DNA of 64,000 nt from Bacilli bacterium (GTDB lineage: Bacteria; Bacillota_I; Bacilli_A; RFN20; CAG-288). This document shows positions 43,784 to 52,965 of the stretch, piece by piece (within the stretch, counting starts at the first letter, position 1; each line of letters opens with the position of its first letter). A model generated the notes under the pieces. That model searched no databases. It saw only the letters and a list, made by a program, of their open reading frames with translations, and was not told where the DNA came from. Both the position numbers and the translations under genes were made by a program. The DNA is taken from the NCBI GenBank assembly GCA_022652945.1, contig JALCRV010000003.1, positions 88,128 to 152,127 on the forward strand, written 5' to 3'.

Positions 43784-45028
43784 ATGGAATTAACGGTAAT
43801 AGATAAGGCTAGAATAATTACAACACGGCAGAGCAAAATTGGCCAAGTGGTGATTGGTCTTTCTTTTCTGTTGCTATTTGTTTCCTTGATTTTTGGGTAT
43901 CAAATCAAATTTCTGTCATACGTTGATGAAATTTTATGCTTAATATATGGTGTCGCTTTGGTAATTGGCGTAATCAAAAAAAGATTTTCGTTAATAAAAG
44001 AAGACAAAACAGTTGTTTTCTTACTTGCCTTAACAATATTCTTGGGCCTAATCTCGAATCTGATCAATGCCCTAGCCCACAGCTTGTTTTGGATCCTTCT
44101 TGATTTGTTGGGGTTTGTAAAAGTATTTGTGGCGTATTTGTTCTTTAAATATTTCTTTAGCAAGAGTACGCTTTTGTTTTTTATAAATAAATGGTCCGGT
44201 GTTGCCAAAATATTAATCTCTATTTCTTTCATCTGCGCAATTATTTCATTGTTTTATGACATTGGAATGCGCGGCCAATACAGATATGGTCTTTATGGTT
44301 TTAATTTCGTCTTTAGTTATGCACATGAATTTGAGGTTTTCTTGATCTGCTGTATTTCGGTTATATTGATTTCAAACACAAGGAACAAATTACTTTATTT
44401 ATTCTTTATGGTACTCTTACTTGCTTTAAGTCTTAAAGGCCCGTCTTTTGTTTTGGCTGTTACTCTTCCATTTTTGTTTTTTTATTTTAAGAAATTTAAG
44501 CACATTCACCTTATATACTTTGTTGTCCCGCTTGTTATTATTCTGCTTTTATCTTCATATCAAATTCAGACCTATTTTTTAGACACCGATTCAGCCAGAT
44601 CAACATTAATCAGATTTGGCTTTATTACAGGAATAAATTACTTTCCTTTAGGATCGGGTTTCTCGACCTATGGGACTTACACCGCCTTTTCTGATTATTC
44701 AACGCTATATTATCAATATGGATTTGACCAACTTAATGGTTTAAATCCATATGATGGCTCGTTCTTGAATGACAATTACTTCCCGATGATTGTCGCGCAG
44801 TTTGGGCTTTTTGGATTGCTCAACATGCTATTTTTGTTCTTTACATTCTTTCAGCAATCATATAAAAACCATACCTCCGCAGGGAAAGCTGTATTGCTTT
44901 CAATATTGCTTTTTGCTCTTGTACATTCTTTGGGGTCTGCTTTGCTCACATCTTCAGCCGGTTTCCTGTTGTTTTCTGTTTTGGGGGTCATCGATAAAGC
45001 CACCATAGAAAGAAAAAACTCGCTATGA
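43784..45028 (+). CDS. O-antigen/repeat-unit polymerase (Wzy-like) polytopic membrane protein
   Basis: It has ~10-12 hydrophobic segments and a large loop region, and it sits in a Wzx-containing glycan locus. No sharper motif was recognised. Confidence 0.5.
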   Translation: MELTVIDKARIITTRQSKIGQVVIGLSFLLLFVSLIFGYQIKFLSYVDEILCLIYGVALVIGVIKKRFSLIKEDKTVVFLLALTIFLGLISNLINALAHSLFWILLDLLGFVKVFVAYLFFKYFFSKSTLLFFINKWSGVAKILISISFICAIISLFYDIGMRGQYRYGLYGFNFVFSYAHEFEVFLICCISVILISNTRNKLLYLFFMVLLLALSLKGPSFVLAVTLPFLFFYFKKFKHIHLIYFVVPLVIILLLSSYQIQTYFLDTDSARSTLIRFGFITGINYFPLGSGFSTYGTYTAFSDYSTLYYQYGFDQLNGLNPYDGSFLNDNYFPMIVAQFGLFGLLNMLFLFFTFFQQSYKNHTSAGKAVLLSILLFALVHSLGSALLTSSAGFLLFSVLGVIDKATIERKNSL

Positions 45029-45834
45029 ATGATGTGGAAACAAAAGCAATTCAAAAAGAACTACTTAAGCTAATTGGATTTTTTGATTCGATTTGCAAAC
45101 AATATAATCTTATTTACTTTATGATGGGAGGCACTTTACTCGGAGCGGTAAGACATAAAGGTTTCATACCATGGGACGATGATGCTGATTTTGGAATGAA
45201 GTTTAATGATTATTTTGCATTAAAGCAATTAATACTCTCTGGCACAATTAAATCGGAAGAGTATGGATTTTCTTTGCTAGAAAACGGCGCCGAATACTGC
45301 ATGCCATTTTTAAAAATCTTTTCTAAACGGTGCAACATAATAGAAGAAGGAAAAGAAGGCATTCAACAAGGCTTATTTATTGATGTTTTTCCTGTCTCTT
45401 TTTGCGGAAACACAAAAAAAGAGGCATTAAAAAACAGATCCAAATATAGGTTGTTATATTCGTTATCAAACAGAAAAAACTATCATGTTTGCTGTGCCAA
45501 TCCTATCAGGAATCTTATTCTTGAAACTATGTCTCGATGCATTTCAAAAAAACAACTGGCAAACAAGATTGATGCCTTTTACAAAAAGATGAATAAAAAA
45601 GAGACCAATTTTTCTTGCGATTTTGACGGGAACGAAAAAGGGATTGTTGAAAGCGGTCTTTTAAACGACTTGAGTTCTTTTACTTTTGAAAATCTGAAGC
45701 TGCCGGGTTTTTCCCATTTTGATGAATATTTAAAGGACATTTTTGGCGAGTATTTAATTCTTCCTCCAGAAAAAGATCGCCACTCACACATTGTTAGTTA
45801 TCAAATAGTTGAAAACGGAAAGGCGGCTGTTTAA
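45025..45834 (+). CDS. licD: LicD-family phosphotransferase (phosphocholine / ribitol-phosphate transferase type)
   Basis: It has 'YFMMGGTLLGAVRHKGFIPWDDDADFGM' and 'IDVFP'. Confidence 0.85.
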   Translation: MNDVETKAIQKELLKLIGFFDSICKQYNLIYFMMGGTLLGAVRHKGFIPWDDDADFGMKFNDYFALKQLILSGTIKSEEYGFSLLENGAEYCMPFLKIFSKRCNIIEEGKEGIQQGLFIDVFPVSFCGNTKKEALKNRSKYRLLYSLSNRKNYHVCCANPIRNLILETMSRCISKKQLANKIDAFYKKMNKKETNFSCDFDGNEKGIVESGLLNDLSSFTFENLKLPGFSHFDEYLKDIFGEYLILPPEKDRHSHIVSYQIVENGKAAV

Positions 45835-47373
45835 ATGACAGATTCATTAAATAGGAAGGTTGGAGCCGCTCTTCAATTTGTACAAGTGCTTTTTTATGTA
45901 GTTATTTCTCTTTTGTACACACCATTCATGCTTAAATCTTTAGGAACAGAAGAATACAGTGTTTATAGTGTATGCACTTCAACAATCTCATATCTTAGTC
46001 TATTGTCAATGGGGTTTGGCAGCAGTTATATCAGGTTCTATTCCAAAATGAAAGTGGAAAACCCTGAAGGTATATCGAAATTAAATTTTCAATACATTAT
46101 GATTTTTTCTTTCTTTGGAACACTATCCTTAATTGTTGGTCTAATTATGTCACAATATTCTCAGTTGTTTTTCAATGAGACATATTCAAAAGAAGGGATT
46201 GAAACGGCAAGAACGCTCTTTTTCATTTTGGCTTTTAATATGGCCATATCATTTCCAGCATCAGTTTTCACCTCATATATTTCTAGTCAGCAGAAATTTA
46301 TTTTTCTTAAGTTGGTTAATATTCTGAGAAGTGTTTGTTCCCCCTTGGTTTCTGTTTTGTTTCTAATTAATGGATTTGGCTCGATAGGCATCGTTATTTC
46401 AATGATTTGTGTGAGTTTTATGGCTGATATAATTAGCGTCGTTTATTGCGTATTCTGGGCTGGCATGAAATTTCAAAGATCGCATTTAGACAAAAGACTT
46501 ATAAGGGAAATAGCGGCTTTTTCCTTTTTTATAGGAATAAATCAGATTGTTAATCAATTAAATTTTTCATCTGACAAATTGGTTTTAAGTAAAGTCTCAA
46601 CAGCCACACAAGTTTCCATATATTCACTTGGCTCAACAATAAATACATATTTTGAGCAGATTGGCAATTCAATACCAAGTATTTTTGACACCAAAATTAA
46701 CAAGATCGTTTCCTCGGACAGTTTGGATGAGATGCAGAAAAATGAAGAGCTTAATTCGATTTTCATTAAGGTGGGTCGAATACAATTCTTATTATTAGGG
46801 CTGATTGCATCTGGGTTTGTTTTCTTCGGCCAGTTTTTTATTTCTTTATGGGTTGGCTCGGATTATAAAGATAGCTTTGTTGTCGTATGTTTGATAATGC
46901 TGCCTATGTTAATACCACTGATTCAAAATACTGCTGTATATATTCAAAGAGCCAAATATTTGCACAAATTCAGAAGCGTTGTTTATCTTTCTACTGCGAT
47001 AATGAACGTTGTCATATCTATTTTTCTTGCAATTTATTTCGGCGCAATTGGCTCCGCGTTAGGGACAACCATTACAATCGTTTTGTCCAACATTATTATT
47101 AATTTTTACTATGAGAAAAAGGTAAAATTAAATATTCCCCAGTTTTGGCTGGAAATATTAAAGACTCTGCCTGGATTGTTAATTCCCTTGACTTGTGGTT
47201 CATTGTTGCTTTTGTTTTACAAGTTTAATGGTTGGGCGGATTTCTTCGGGATGATATTTGCCTATTCTTTCATTTACTGCGTATCAATATATGCTCTTTC
47301 TCTTAACAAATATGAGAGGAATCTAATTAAATCTGTTTTTACTCCCAAAAGAGGTAATCAAAATGGAAAGTAA
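45835..47373 (+). CDS. wzx: Wzx-type oligosaccharide flippase (MOP superfamily)
   Basis: It is 512 aa with ~12-14 TM segments. This is the typical size and position for a flippase in the locus. Confidence 0.7.
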   Translation: MTDSLNRKVGAALQFVQVLFYVVISLLYTPFMLKSLGTEEYSVYSVCTSTISYLSLLSMGFGSSYIRFYSKMKVENPEGISKLNFQYIMIFSFFGTLSLIVGLIMSQYSQLFFNETYSKEGIETARTLFFILAFNMAISFPASVFTSYISSQQKFIFLKLVNILRSVCSPLVSVLFLINGFGSIGIVISMICVSFMADIISVVYCVFWAGMKFQRSHLDKRLIREIAAFSFFIGINQIVNQLNFSSDKLVLSKVSTATQVSIYSLGSTINTYFEQIGNSIPSIFDTKINKIVSSDSLDEMQKNEELNSIFIKVGRIQFLLLGLIASGFVFFGQFFISLWVGSDYKDSFVVVCLIMLPMLIPLIQNTAVYIQRAKYLHKFRSVVYLSTAIMNVVISIFLAIYFGAIGSALGTTITIVLSNIIINFYYEKKVKLNIPQFWLEILKTLPGLLIPLTCGSLLLLFYKFNGWADFFGMIFAYSFIYCVSIYALSLNKYERNLIKSVFTPKRGNQNGK

Positions 47374-48499
47374 TAAAAAAATAGGAATTGTAAGCGTAGA
47401 TATCAACACCCCCATGTTTAATTACGGAGCGGTTCTTCATACTTGGGCATTTGAACAATATCTTTCAAAACATAACTTTACTAATTTTGAAGTCCTTAAT
47501 TATTATCCAGAAAGTATAGAGTATCAAAATAGAATCTTGCCTTTTTGGGACTTTTTTACGGATTGTCACCCCAGGCTTTCATTAAATTATTGTCTGCATT
47601 ATTTTAAATATTTTCGAAAATATAAGGCTATCAGGCGATTTGTGAAAAAAGAATTGATTGTTTCTAAGAAAAAATATAGATATAGTAGCATTGCTAGACA
47701 AAAACTGCCTTATGATGTTTTAATTGCTGAAGATGATGTAATATGGGCACCTGGTTTTTTATGTAGAAAAGAGCTTGTTGATAAAACCTTTTATTTGGCA
47801 CATGAAAATATGGAATGTTGTAAGAAGATTGCTTATGCACCCAGTATGGCTGAATGTAATTTCAAGAACGAGGAATTTGAAATTATACGTTCATATTTGA
47901 GTTCTTTCGATTTCGTTTCTGTGCGAGAGCAGTATCAAAAAGAGTTCGTTATTAATCGACTTAATATTAATTGCGAAAAAGTACTTGATGCTGTTTTCCT
48001 CCTTGACGAAAGTGATTATTCAAGAATAATTTCCGAAAGATTTAAAGGAAAGAAATTCATTTTGGTTTATTTGCCAGCCGATGACAACATTGAATTGAGA
48101 AAATCTGCGCTTAGTTATTCCAAAGAACATAATTTGCCGATAATTGAATTAACAAATAAAATATGGGACAGAGGCAATGCTATTTCAACCTGTGGCGTAG
48201 AAGATTTTTTATCGGGAATAAAATATTCGACGTGTGTATTTACCAATTCTTTTCACGCGGTTTGCTTTTCAATAATTTTTCAAAAAGAGTTTTATGCTTT
48301 TTCAAGACAAAACGCTGGAAAGGTTAAAGATATTTGCTCTCTATTTGACTTGAGTGAAAGGTTTAATGAAGGTGATAATATTTCGCTGGATTTGAAAACC
48401 ATTGATTATAAAGGATCGGTTAATAATTTAAGAAAAAAATTATCAGACGAATCTAAAACCTGGTTACTTTCCGCTATGAAAGAAGTGTTATTCAAATGA
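47363..48499 (+). CDS. Polysaccharide pyruvyl transferase family protein (paralog 1)
   Basis: It has 'NYGAVLHTWAFEQYL', 'VSVREQ' and 'NSFHAVCFSIIFQKEFYAF'. Confidence 0.7.
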   Translation: MESNKKIGIVSVDINTPMFNYGAVLHTWAFEQYLSKHNFTNFEVLNYYPESIEYQNRILPFWDFFTDCHPRLSLNYCLHYFKYFRKYKAIRRFVKKELIVSKKKYRYSSIARQKLPYDVLIAEDDVIWAPGFLCRKELVDKTFYLAHENMECCKKIAYAPSMAECNFKNEEFEIIRSYLSSFDFVSVREQYQKEFVINRLNINCEKVLDAVFLLDESDYSRIISERFKGKKFILVYLPADDNIELRKSALSYSKEHNLPIIELTNKIWDRGNAISTCGVEDFLSGIKYSTCVFTNSFHAVCFSIIFQKEFYAFSRQNAGKVKDICSLFDLSERFNEGDNISLDLKTIDYKGSVNNLRKKLSDESKTWLLSAMKEVLFK

Positions 48500-49617
48500 G
48501 TACTTTTAAAGGGAAAAGAGCATTAATTACCTCATTGGGGTCCAGATCCACATGTGAAAATTATGGAGCAGTTTTACAAATGTTGGCCTTCTGTTGGCTT
48601 TTGAAAGAAAATTATAGAATAGAGCCAACGGTATTGGATTATATCGGTATCAATTGCCAAAATTATACCTCAGAAATAGTGGTTTCTGATTTTCTATATA
48701 ACAAAGGAGTTAAAGGGAAAATCAAAAAGATTATTTTCGGCAATTCTGTTCGAAAAAGATTTATAAGGAATCTCCGCTTCATAAAGAAAAACGTAAATGT
48801 GACTTCTTTATTTGATTACAAGACAATTAAGGGAGCGCATTTTGATTTCGATTGTTATTTTGCCGAAAGTGATGTAATTTGGGACCCCACCTTTAGAGGA
48901 CACGGATTTGATGATACATTTTTCTTGCCCGAAGCAATATTTTCAAACGGGAAGAAATTTGTATATGGTGCCGGGGTCGGTGATTGTTCTTTTACTGAAG
49001 AAGAAGAACGCGAGCTTGTGAGCAAAATCAAACAAATAGATAGAGTGTCTGTTAGGGAAAAATATGCAAAACAAGCAATTCAAAGATTATTGCATGTAGA
49101 TATTCCTTGCGTTCTTGATCCAACTCTAATGGTTAATACTGACTTTTATTCACGTTTTATAAAGGACAGGAGGCCAATCAAGAAAAAGTATGCCCTGGTT
49201 TACTCCCCGGCTTTTCAAAACAAAAAAATGCTCTCTGATGCATATAAATTTGCGAAGAAAAAAGGCTTACATGTATTAATAATTAAAAGGGAATTCTCTA
49301 AAGCACATTTTTTTGATACAAGAATTAACGTAGATGTGGAACGGTTTTTAAACCTCTTGTTTTATTGTGACACCTTTTTTTGCGATTCATTTCATGGAGT
49401 TTGCCTGTCTGTAATGTTTAAAAAGCAATTTTATGTTTATAACAGAGAAAACGGCAGAAAAATCAAAGATATTTGCAATAGACTCTCTTTAGAAAAAAAC
49501 ATTGTCAATAATGATTTTCACGAGAACAACATTGATTATGATTTGGTATATGATAATTTAAAGGCGGAAAGACAAGCCTCCTTTGATTTTTTAGATTCAT
49601 GCCTTGAAGAGATTTAA
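48496..49617 (+). CDS. Polysaccharide pyruvyl transferase family protein (paralog 2)
   Basis: It has 'ENYGAVLQMLAFCWLL', 'VSVREK' and 'DSFHGVCLSVMFKKQFYVY'. It is collinear with the preceding paralog. Confidence 0.7.
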   Translation: MSTFKGKRALITSLGSRSTCENYGAVLQMLAFCWLLKENYRIEPTVLDYIGINCQNYTSEIVVSDFLYNKGVKGKIKKIIFGNSVRKRFIRNLRFIKKNVNVTSLFDYKTIKGAHFDFDCYFAESDVIWDPTFRGHGFDDTFFLPEAIFSNGKKFVYGAGVGDCSFTEEEERELVSKIKQIDRVSVREKYAKQAIQRLLHVDIPCVLDPTLMVNTDFYSRFIKDRRPIKKKYALVYSPAFQNKKMLSDAYKFAKKKGLHVLIIKREFSKAHFFDTRINVDVERFLNLLFYCDTFFCDSFHGVCLSVMFKKQFYVYNRENGRKIKDICNRLSLEKNIVNNDFHENNIDYDLVYDNLKAERQASFDFLDSCLEEI

Positions 49618-49649
49618 ACACTTCTTCATTTTAAAAGGAGATAGAGGAA

Positions 49650-50372
49650 ATGAACTTTGTTGTAATTTTTGCCGGTGGCGTTGGACAGAGAATGAATTCT
49701 GTGTCTTTGCCCAAGCAGTTTTTAAAAGTACACGGGAAAGAAATTATTGTACATACGATTTTACACTTTCAGGAAAGTAAGCAAATTGACTCGATTATTG
49801 TTTCTTGTCATCCAGAATACATTGATTTTATGCTCTCTTTAATTAAAACATATGGATTAACAAAAGTAACAAGTGTCGTTCCTGGTGGGAGCAGCGGTCA
49901 GGAATCAATTTTCAATGGGCTTGTTGAAGCAAAAAGATTATCTAAATCAAGCGATGATATTGTCCTAATTCATGATGGGGTTAGGCCTGTAATTGATGAG
50001 GAAACGATTCAAAAAAACATTGCTTGCGTTAAGAAAAACGGGAACGCGATAACAGTTGCAAAAGCCGTTGAAACAGTTCTTGTACTGGATGATAACTCAG
50101 ATGTTAAAGATGTGGTTGATAGATCAAAGTGCTTTCTCGGACGAGCTCCACAGAGTTTCTATCTAAAAGACATATATAACGCGCATCTAAAAGCCAATGA
50201 ATTAAACAAACACGATTTCATTGACTCAGCTATGTTAATGAAATATTTCGGCTATACAATGCATACTGTTTTAGGGCCTGCCAACAACATTAAAATAACT
50301 ACACCTATGGACTTTTATATGTTTAAAGCTATGCTAGATGCTAAGGAAAATGAGCAGATAAAAGAGCTTTAA
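49650..50372 (+). CDS. tarI: IspD/TarI-family cytidylyltransferase (probable ribitol-5-phosphate cytidylyltransferase)
   Basis: It has 'VVIFAGGVGQRMNSVSLPKQFLKVHGKEIIVHT' and 'HDGVRP'. It is followed by a reductase-type SDR gene, and LicD is in the locus. Confidence 0.75.
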   Translation: MNFVVIFAGGVGQRMNSVSLPKQFLKVHGKEIIVHTILHFQESKQIDSIIVSCHPEYIDFMLSLIKTYGLTKVTSVVPGGSSGQESIFNGLVEAKRLSKSSDDIVLIHDGVRPVIDEETIQKNIACVKKNGNAITVAKAVETVLVLDDNSDVKDVVDRSKCFLGRAPQSFYLKDIYNAHLKANELNKHDFIDSAMLMKYFGYTMHTVLGPANNIKITTPMDFYMFKAMLDAKENEQIKEL

Positions 50373-50376
50373 TAAC

Positions 50377-51399
50377 ATGGACACTTTAAGCAGTGCGTAC
50401 TTGCAAAAGATAGTTGATAATTTCAATTATTTAAAAGAGATTCAAGGCAAAACAATTCTTGTCACCGGCGGGACAGGATTCATCGGATCCTCAATAATTA
50501 AAATACTGCTGCTTTTAAATGCTCAAAAAAAGGCAGATATTAAAATAGTTGGCTTAGCAAGAAATTCTTCTAAAGTGGCTTCTATGGGCTTTTCCGGAAA
50601 TTTGTCTTGGATTTATCAGGACATGAGCGAACGTCTGGCCCTCAATCAACCTGTGGATTATATTATTCACACGGCCAGTCCAACCGATTCTAAATATTTC
50701 ATTACAAATCCTGTGGAAACAATTAATGTTTCAACAGCAGGCCTTAATAACATTTTGTCTTTTGGAGCCAAATCAGGTTGCAAGAGCCTAGTCTTTTTAT
50801 CATCGATGGAAGTATATGGAACTTGTGAAGAAGATCGATTCATAAATGAAAATGAATTCTTTTCTATAAACCCCACCAATGTAAGAAGTAGCTATTCAGA
50901 AGGAAAAAGAATATTAGAATGCTTATGCGCCTCGTATAATGCGGAATTTAATCTGCCTGTTAAGATTGTTAGGCTTTGCCAAACCTTTGGCCCGGGCATT
51001 TCAAAAGATGATAATAGAGTATTTGCTCAGTTTGGACGTAGTGTTTGTGAAGGAAGGGATATTGTCCTATCCACTAAAGGAGAGACAAAGCGCTCTTATT
51101 GTTCTTTAATTGATGCAGTACTTGGTATCTTTTGCGTTCTGCTTAAAGGGGAGAATGGCGAGGCCTATAATTTGGCCAGCGACAATTCATATTGTTCGAT
51201 ATATGAGTTGGCACAATTGTTTGCAAAAGACACAAACTCGAAGGTAATTATCCAAGAGCAAAAAGACAATAAATATTTAAGCACCATTAAGTTTGGCCTT
51301 GATACCGAAAAGATCAAAAAAATCGGTTTTACATCGATAGAAGATTTAAAAACAATGGTGTTGGTGTTCAAAAAGTATTACAACCAATTTATCCTATAA
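50377..51399 (+). CDS. NAD(P)-dependent SDR (epimerase/dehydratase fold), candidate ribulose-5-P reductase partner of TarI
   Basis: It has the Rossmann motif 'VTGGTGFIGSS' and the catalytic 'YSEGK' (YxxxK). Its position mirrors Bcs1/Acs1-type cytidylyltransferase-reductase pairs. The function is inferred. Confidence 0.6.
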   Translation: MDTLSSAYLQKIVDNFNYLKEIQGKTILVTGGTGFIGSSIIKILLLLNAQKKADIKIVGLARNSSKVASMGFSGNLSWIYQDMSERLALNQPVDYIIHTASPTDSKYFITNPVETINVSTAGLNNILSFGAKSGCKSLVFLSSMEVYGTCEEDRFINENEFFSINPTNVRSSYSEGKRILECLCASYNAEFNLPVKIVRLCQTFGPGISKDDNRVFAQFGRSVCEGRDIVLSTKGETKRSYCSLIDAVLGIFCVLLKGENGEAYNLASDNSYCSIYELAQLFAKDTNSKVIIQEQKDNKYLSTIKFGLDTEKIKKIGFTSIEDLKTMVLVFKKYYNQFIL

Positions 51400-51512
51400 T
51401 CGATATAGCTTTTTTGTTGCCTAAATTTTCGCTTTTCGTCGATCTATATGCTTGAAAAGTTTTTCACAATAATTCATAACTTATATAATTGGTTTGATAA
51501 TGAGAGGAAATT

Positions 51513-52487
51513 ATGGATTGTAAAACTTTAATTTCTGGAACCGCCGGATTTATTGGCTCCAATTATTGTCGACTTGTTTGCGAAGGAAAAAGAGACTTTG
51601 TAATTTTCGATTTAATTAGCCGATTCGATTTTTGGGACGACTTTAAAGGGGAAAACAAAAAAACCACATCGATAAAAGTGGATGTTTGTGATCGGTCAGC
51701 CGTTTTTAACCTATTTGAGTACTATCATTTTAATTATGTCATTCATTTCGCCGCTGAAACCGATGTCGACCGTTCCTACAAGGATCCGGATTTATTCTAT
51801 AAGACCAACGTAATAGGCACTCAGGTCCTTTTAGATGCTTGTCTTAAATACGGGGTAAAGAGATTTCATCAAGTTTCTACCGATGAAGTATATGGAGATT
51901 TGCCTTTAGATAGGCCCGACTTGTTCTTTACTGAAGAGTCACCATTAAATCCTTCCAATCCTTATAGTGCCTCTAAAGCAGCGGCCGATCTATTGGTCAT
52001 GGCTTACCATAAGTCATACGGGCTTCCGGTGACTATATCCAGATCCTCCAATAACTATGGCCCATATCAGTTCCCGGAGAAATTAATTCCTTTGATGATT
52101 AAAAAGGCCCTAAATAATGAACCTCTTCCTATTTATGGGAACGGATTAAATATCCGCGATTGGATTTACGTTGAGGATCACTGCCGCGCCATTCAGACCA
52201 TTTTAGAAAAAGGCAAGGATGGTGAAATCTATAATGTCGGCGGACATAACGAAAGGACTAATCTTCAAATAGTGAAGGCAATCCTTAAAGTGCTTAATAA
52301 ACCAGAAAGTTTAATTACTTACGTGAAAGACAGGCCCGCTCACGACCGGAGATACGCTTTGAACACCTCAAAGATTGAAAACGAACTTGGTTGGAAACCC
52401 GAACAGAATTTTGAAGAAGGCCTTGTTAAGACTGTTAAATGGTACCAAGAGCATAAAGAGTGGCTGGACGATTTTAAAGCGGCTTAA
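51513..52487 (+). CDS. rfbB: dTDP-glucose 4,6-dehydratase-like SDR
   Basis: It has 'GTAGFIGSNY', 'HFAAETDVDRS', 'STDEVYG', 'YSASKAAADLLV', 'NNYGPYQFPEKLIP' and 'RPAHDRRYALNTSKIENELGWKP'. Confidence 0.85.
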   Translation: MDCKTLISGTAGFIGSNYCRLVCEGKRDFVIFDLISRFDFWDDFKGENKKTTSIKVDVCDRSAVFNLFEYYHFNYVIHFAAETDVDRSYKDPDLFYKTNVIGTQVLLDACLKYGVKRFHQVSTDEVYGDLPLDRPDLFFTEESPLNPSNPYSASKAAADLLVMAYHKSYGLPVTISRSSNNYGPYQFPEKLIPLMIKKALNNEPLPIYGNGLNIRDWIYVEDHCRAIQTILEKGKDGEIYNVGGHNERTNLQIVKAILKVLNKPESLITYVKDRPAHDRRYALNTSKIENELGWKPEQNFEEGLVKTVKWYQEHKEWLDDFKAA

Positions 52488-52611
52488 ACAATAAACAAAA
52501 AAGTTTACCAAGGAGGTAAATTATTTATATTTACATCTTCCTTTTTTTATGCTATCTTTTATATGAGGGCTGTTTGCCTGGCGGAAGTCAAATAGAAAGA
52601 CCTGATATTTT

Positions 52612-52965
52612 ATGGAAGTGATTTATGCCAATGCGAATGTTGAAGAATGCTGTAAAAACATCAAGATTTCTTTTCGAAGATTGGGAGCACAAATCGCCAA
52701 CAAACTAAATAAAAGGATTTCTCAATTAATGTCATTTGATAATTTGTATGACGTTATGAATTCGGGATTCGACAACCCACACATTCTAACCGGCGATATC
52801 AAGGGTTATATAGCGTGGGATATTAACGAAAACTATCGCTTGATTCTTGATCCTTTGGTAAATATGGATCAGAGTTTCAAGGAAGAAACGAAAAATATCA
52901 GGAAGATTGAAGTGAAAGGAGTAGTTGATTATCATGGTGGAACCCAAAATTGGATCTTATGTTGA
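52612..52965 (+). CDS. higB: HigB-like (RelE superfamily) toxin
   Basis: 'PHILTGDIKGYIAWDINENYRLILDP...IEVKGVVDYH' fits the H-x-L-x-G-D-x-x-G...YR[LI]...DYH pattern. It sits immediately upstream of, and overlaps, a HigA-type gene. Confidence 0.6.
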   Translation: MEVIYANANVEECCKNIKISFRRLGAQIANKLNKRISQLMSFDNLYDVMNSGFDNPHILTGDIKGYIAWDINENYRLILDPLVNMDQSFKEETKNIRKIEVKGVVDYHGGTQNWILC

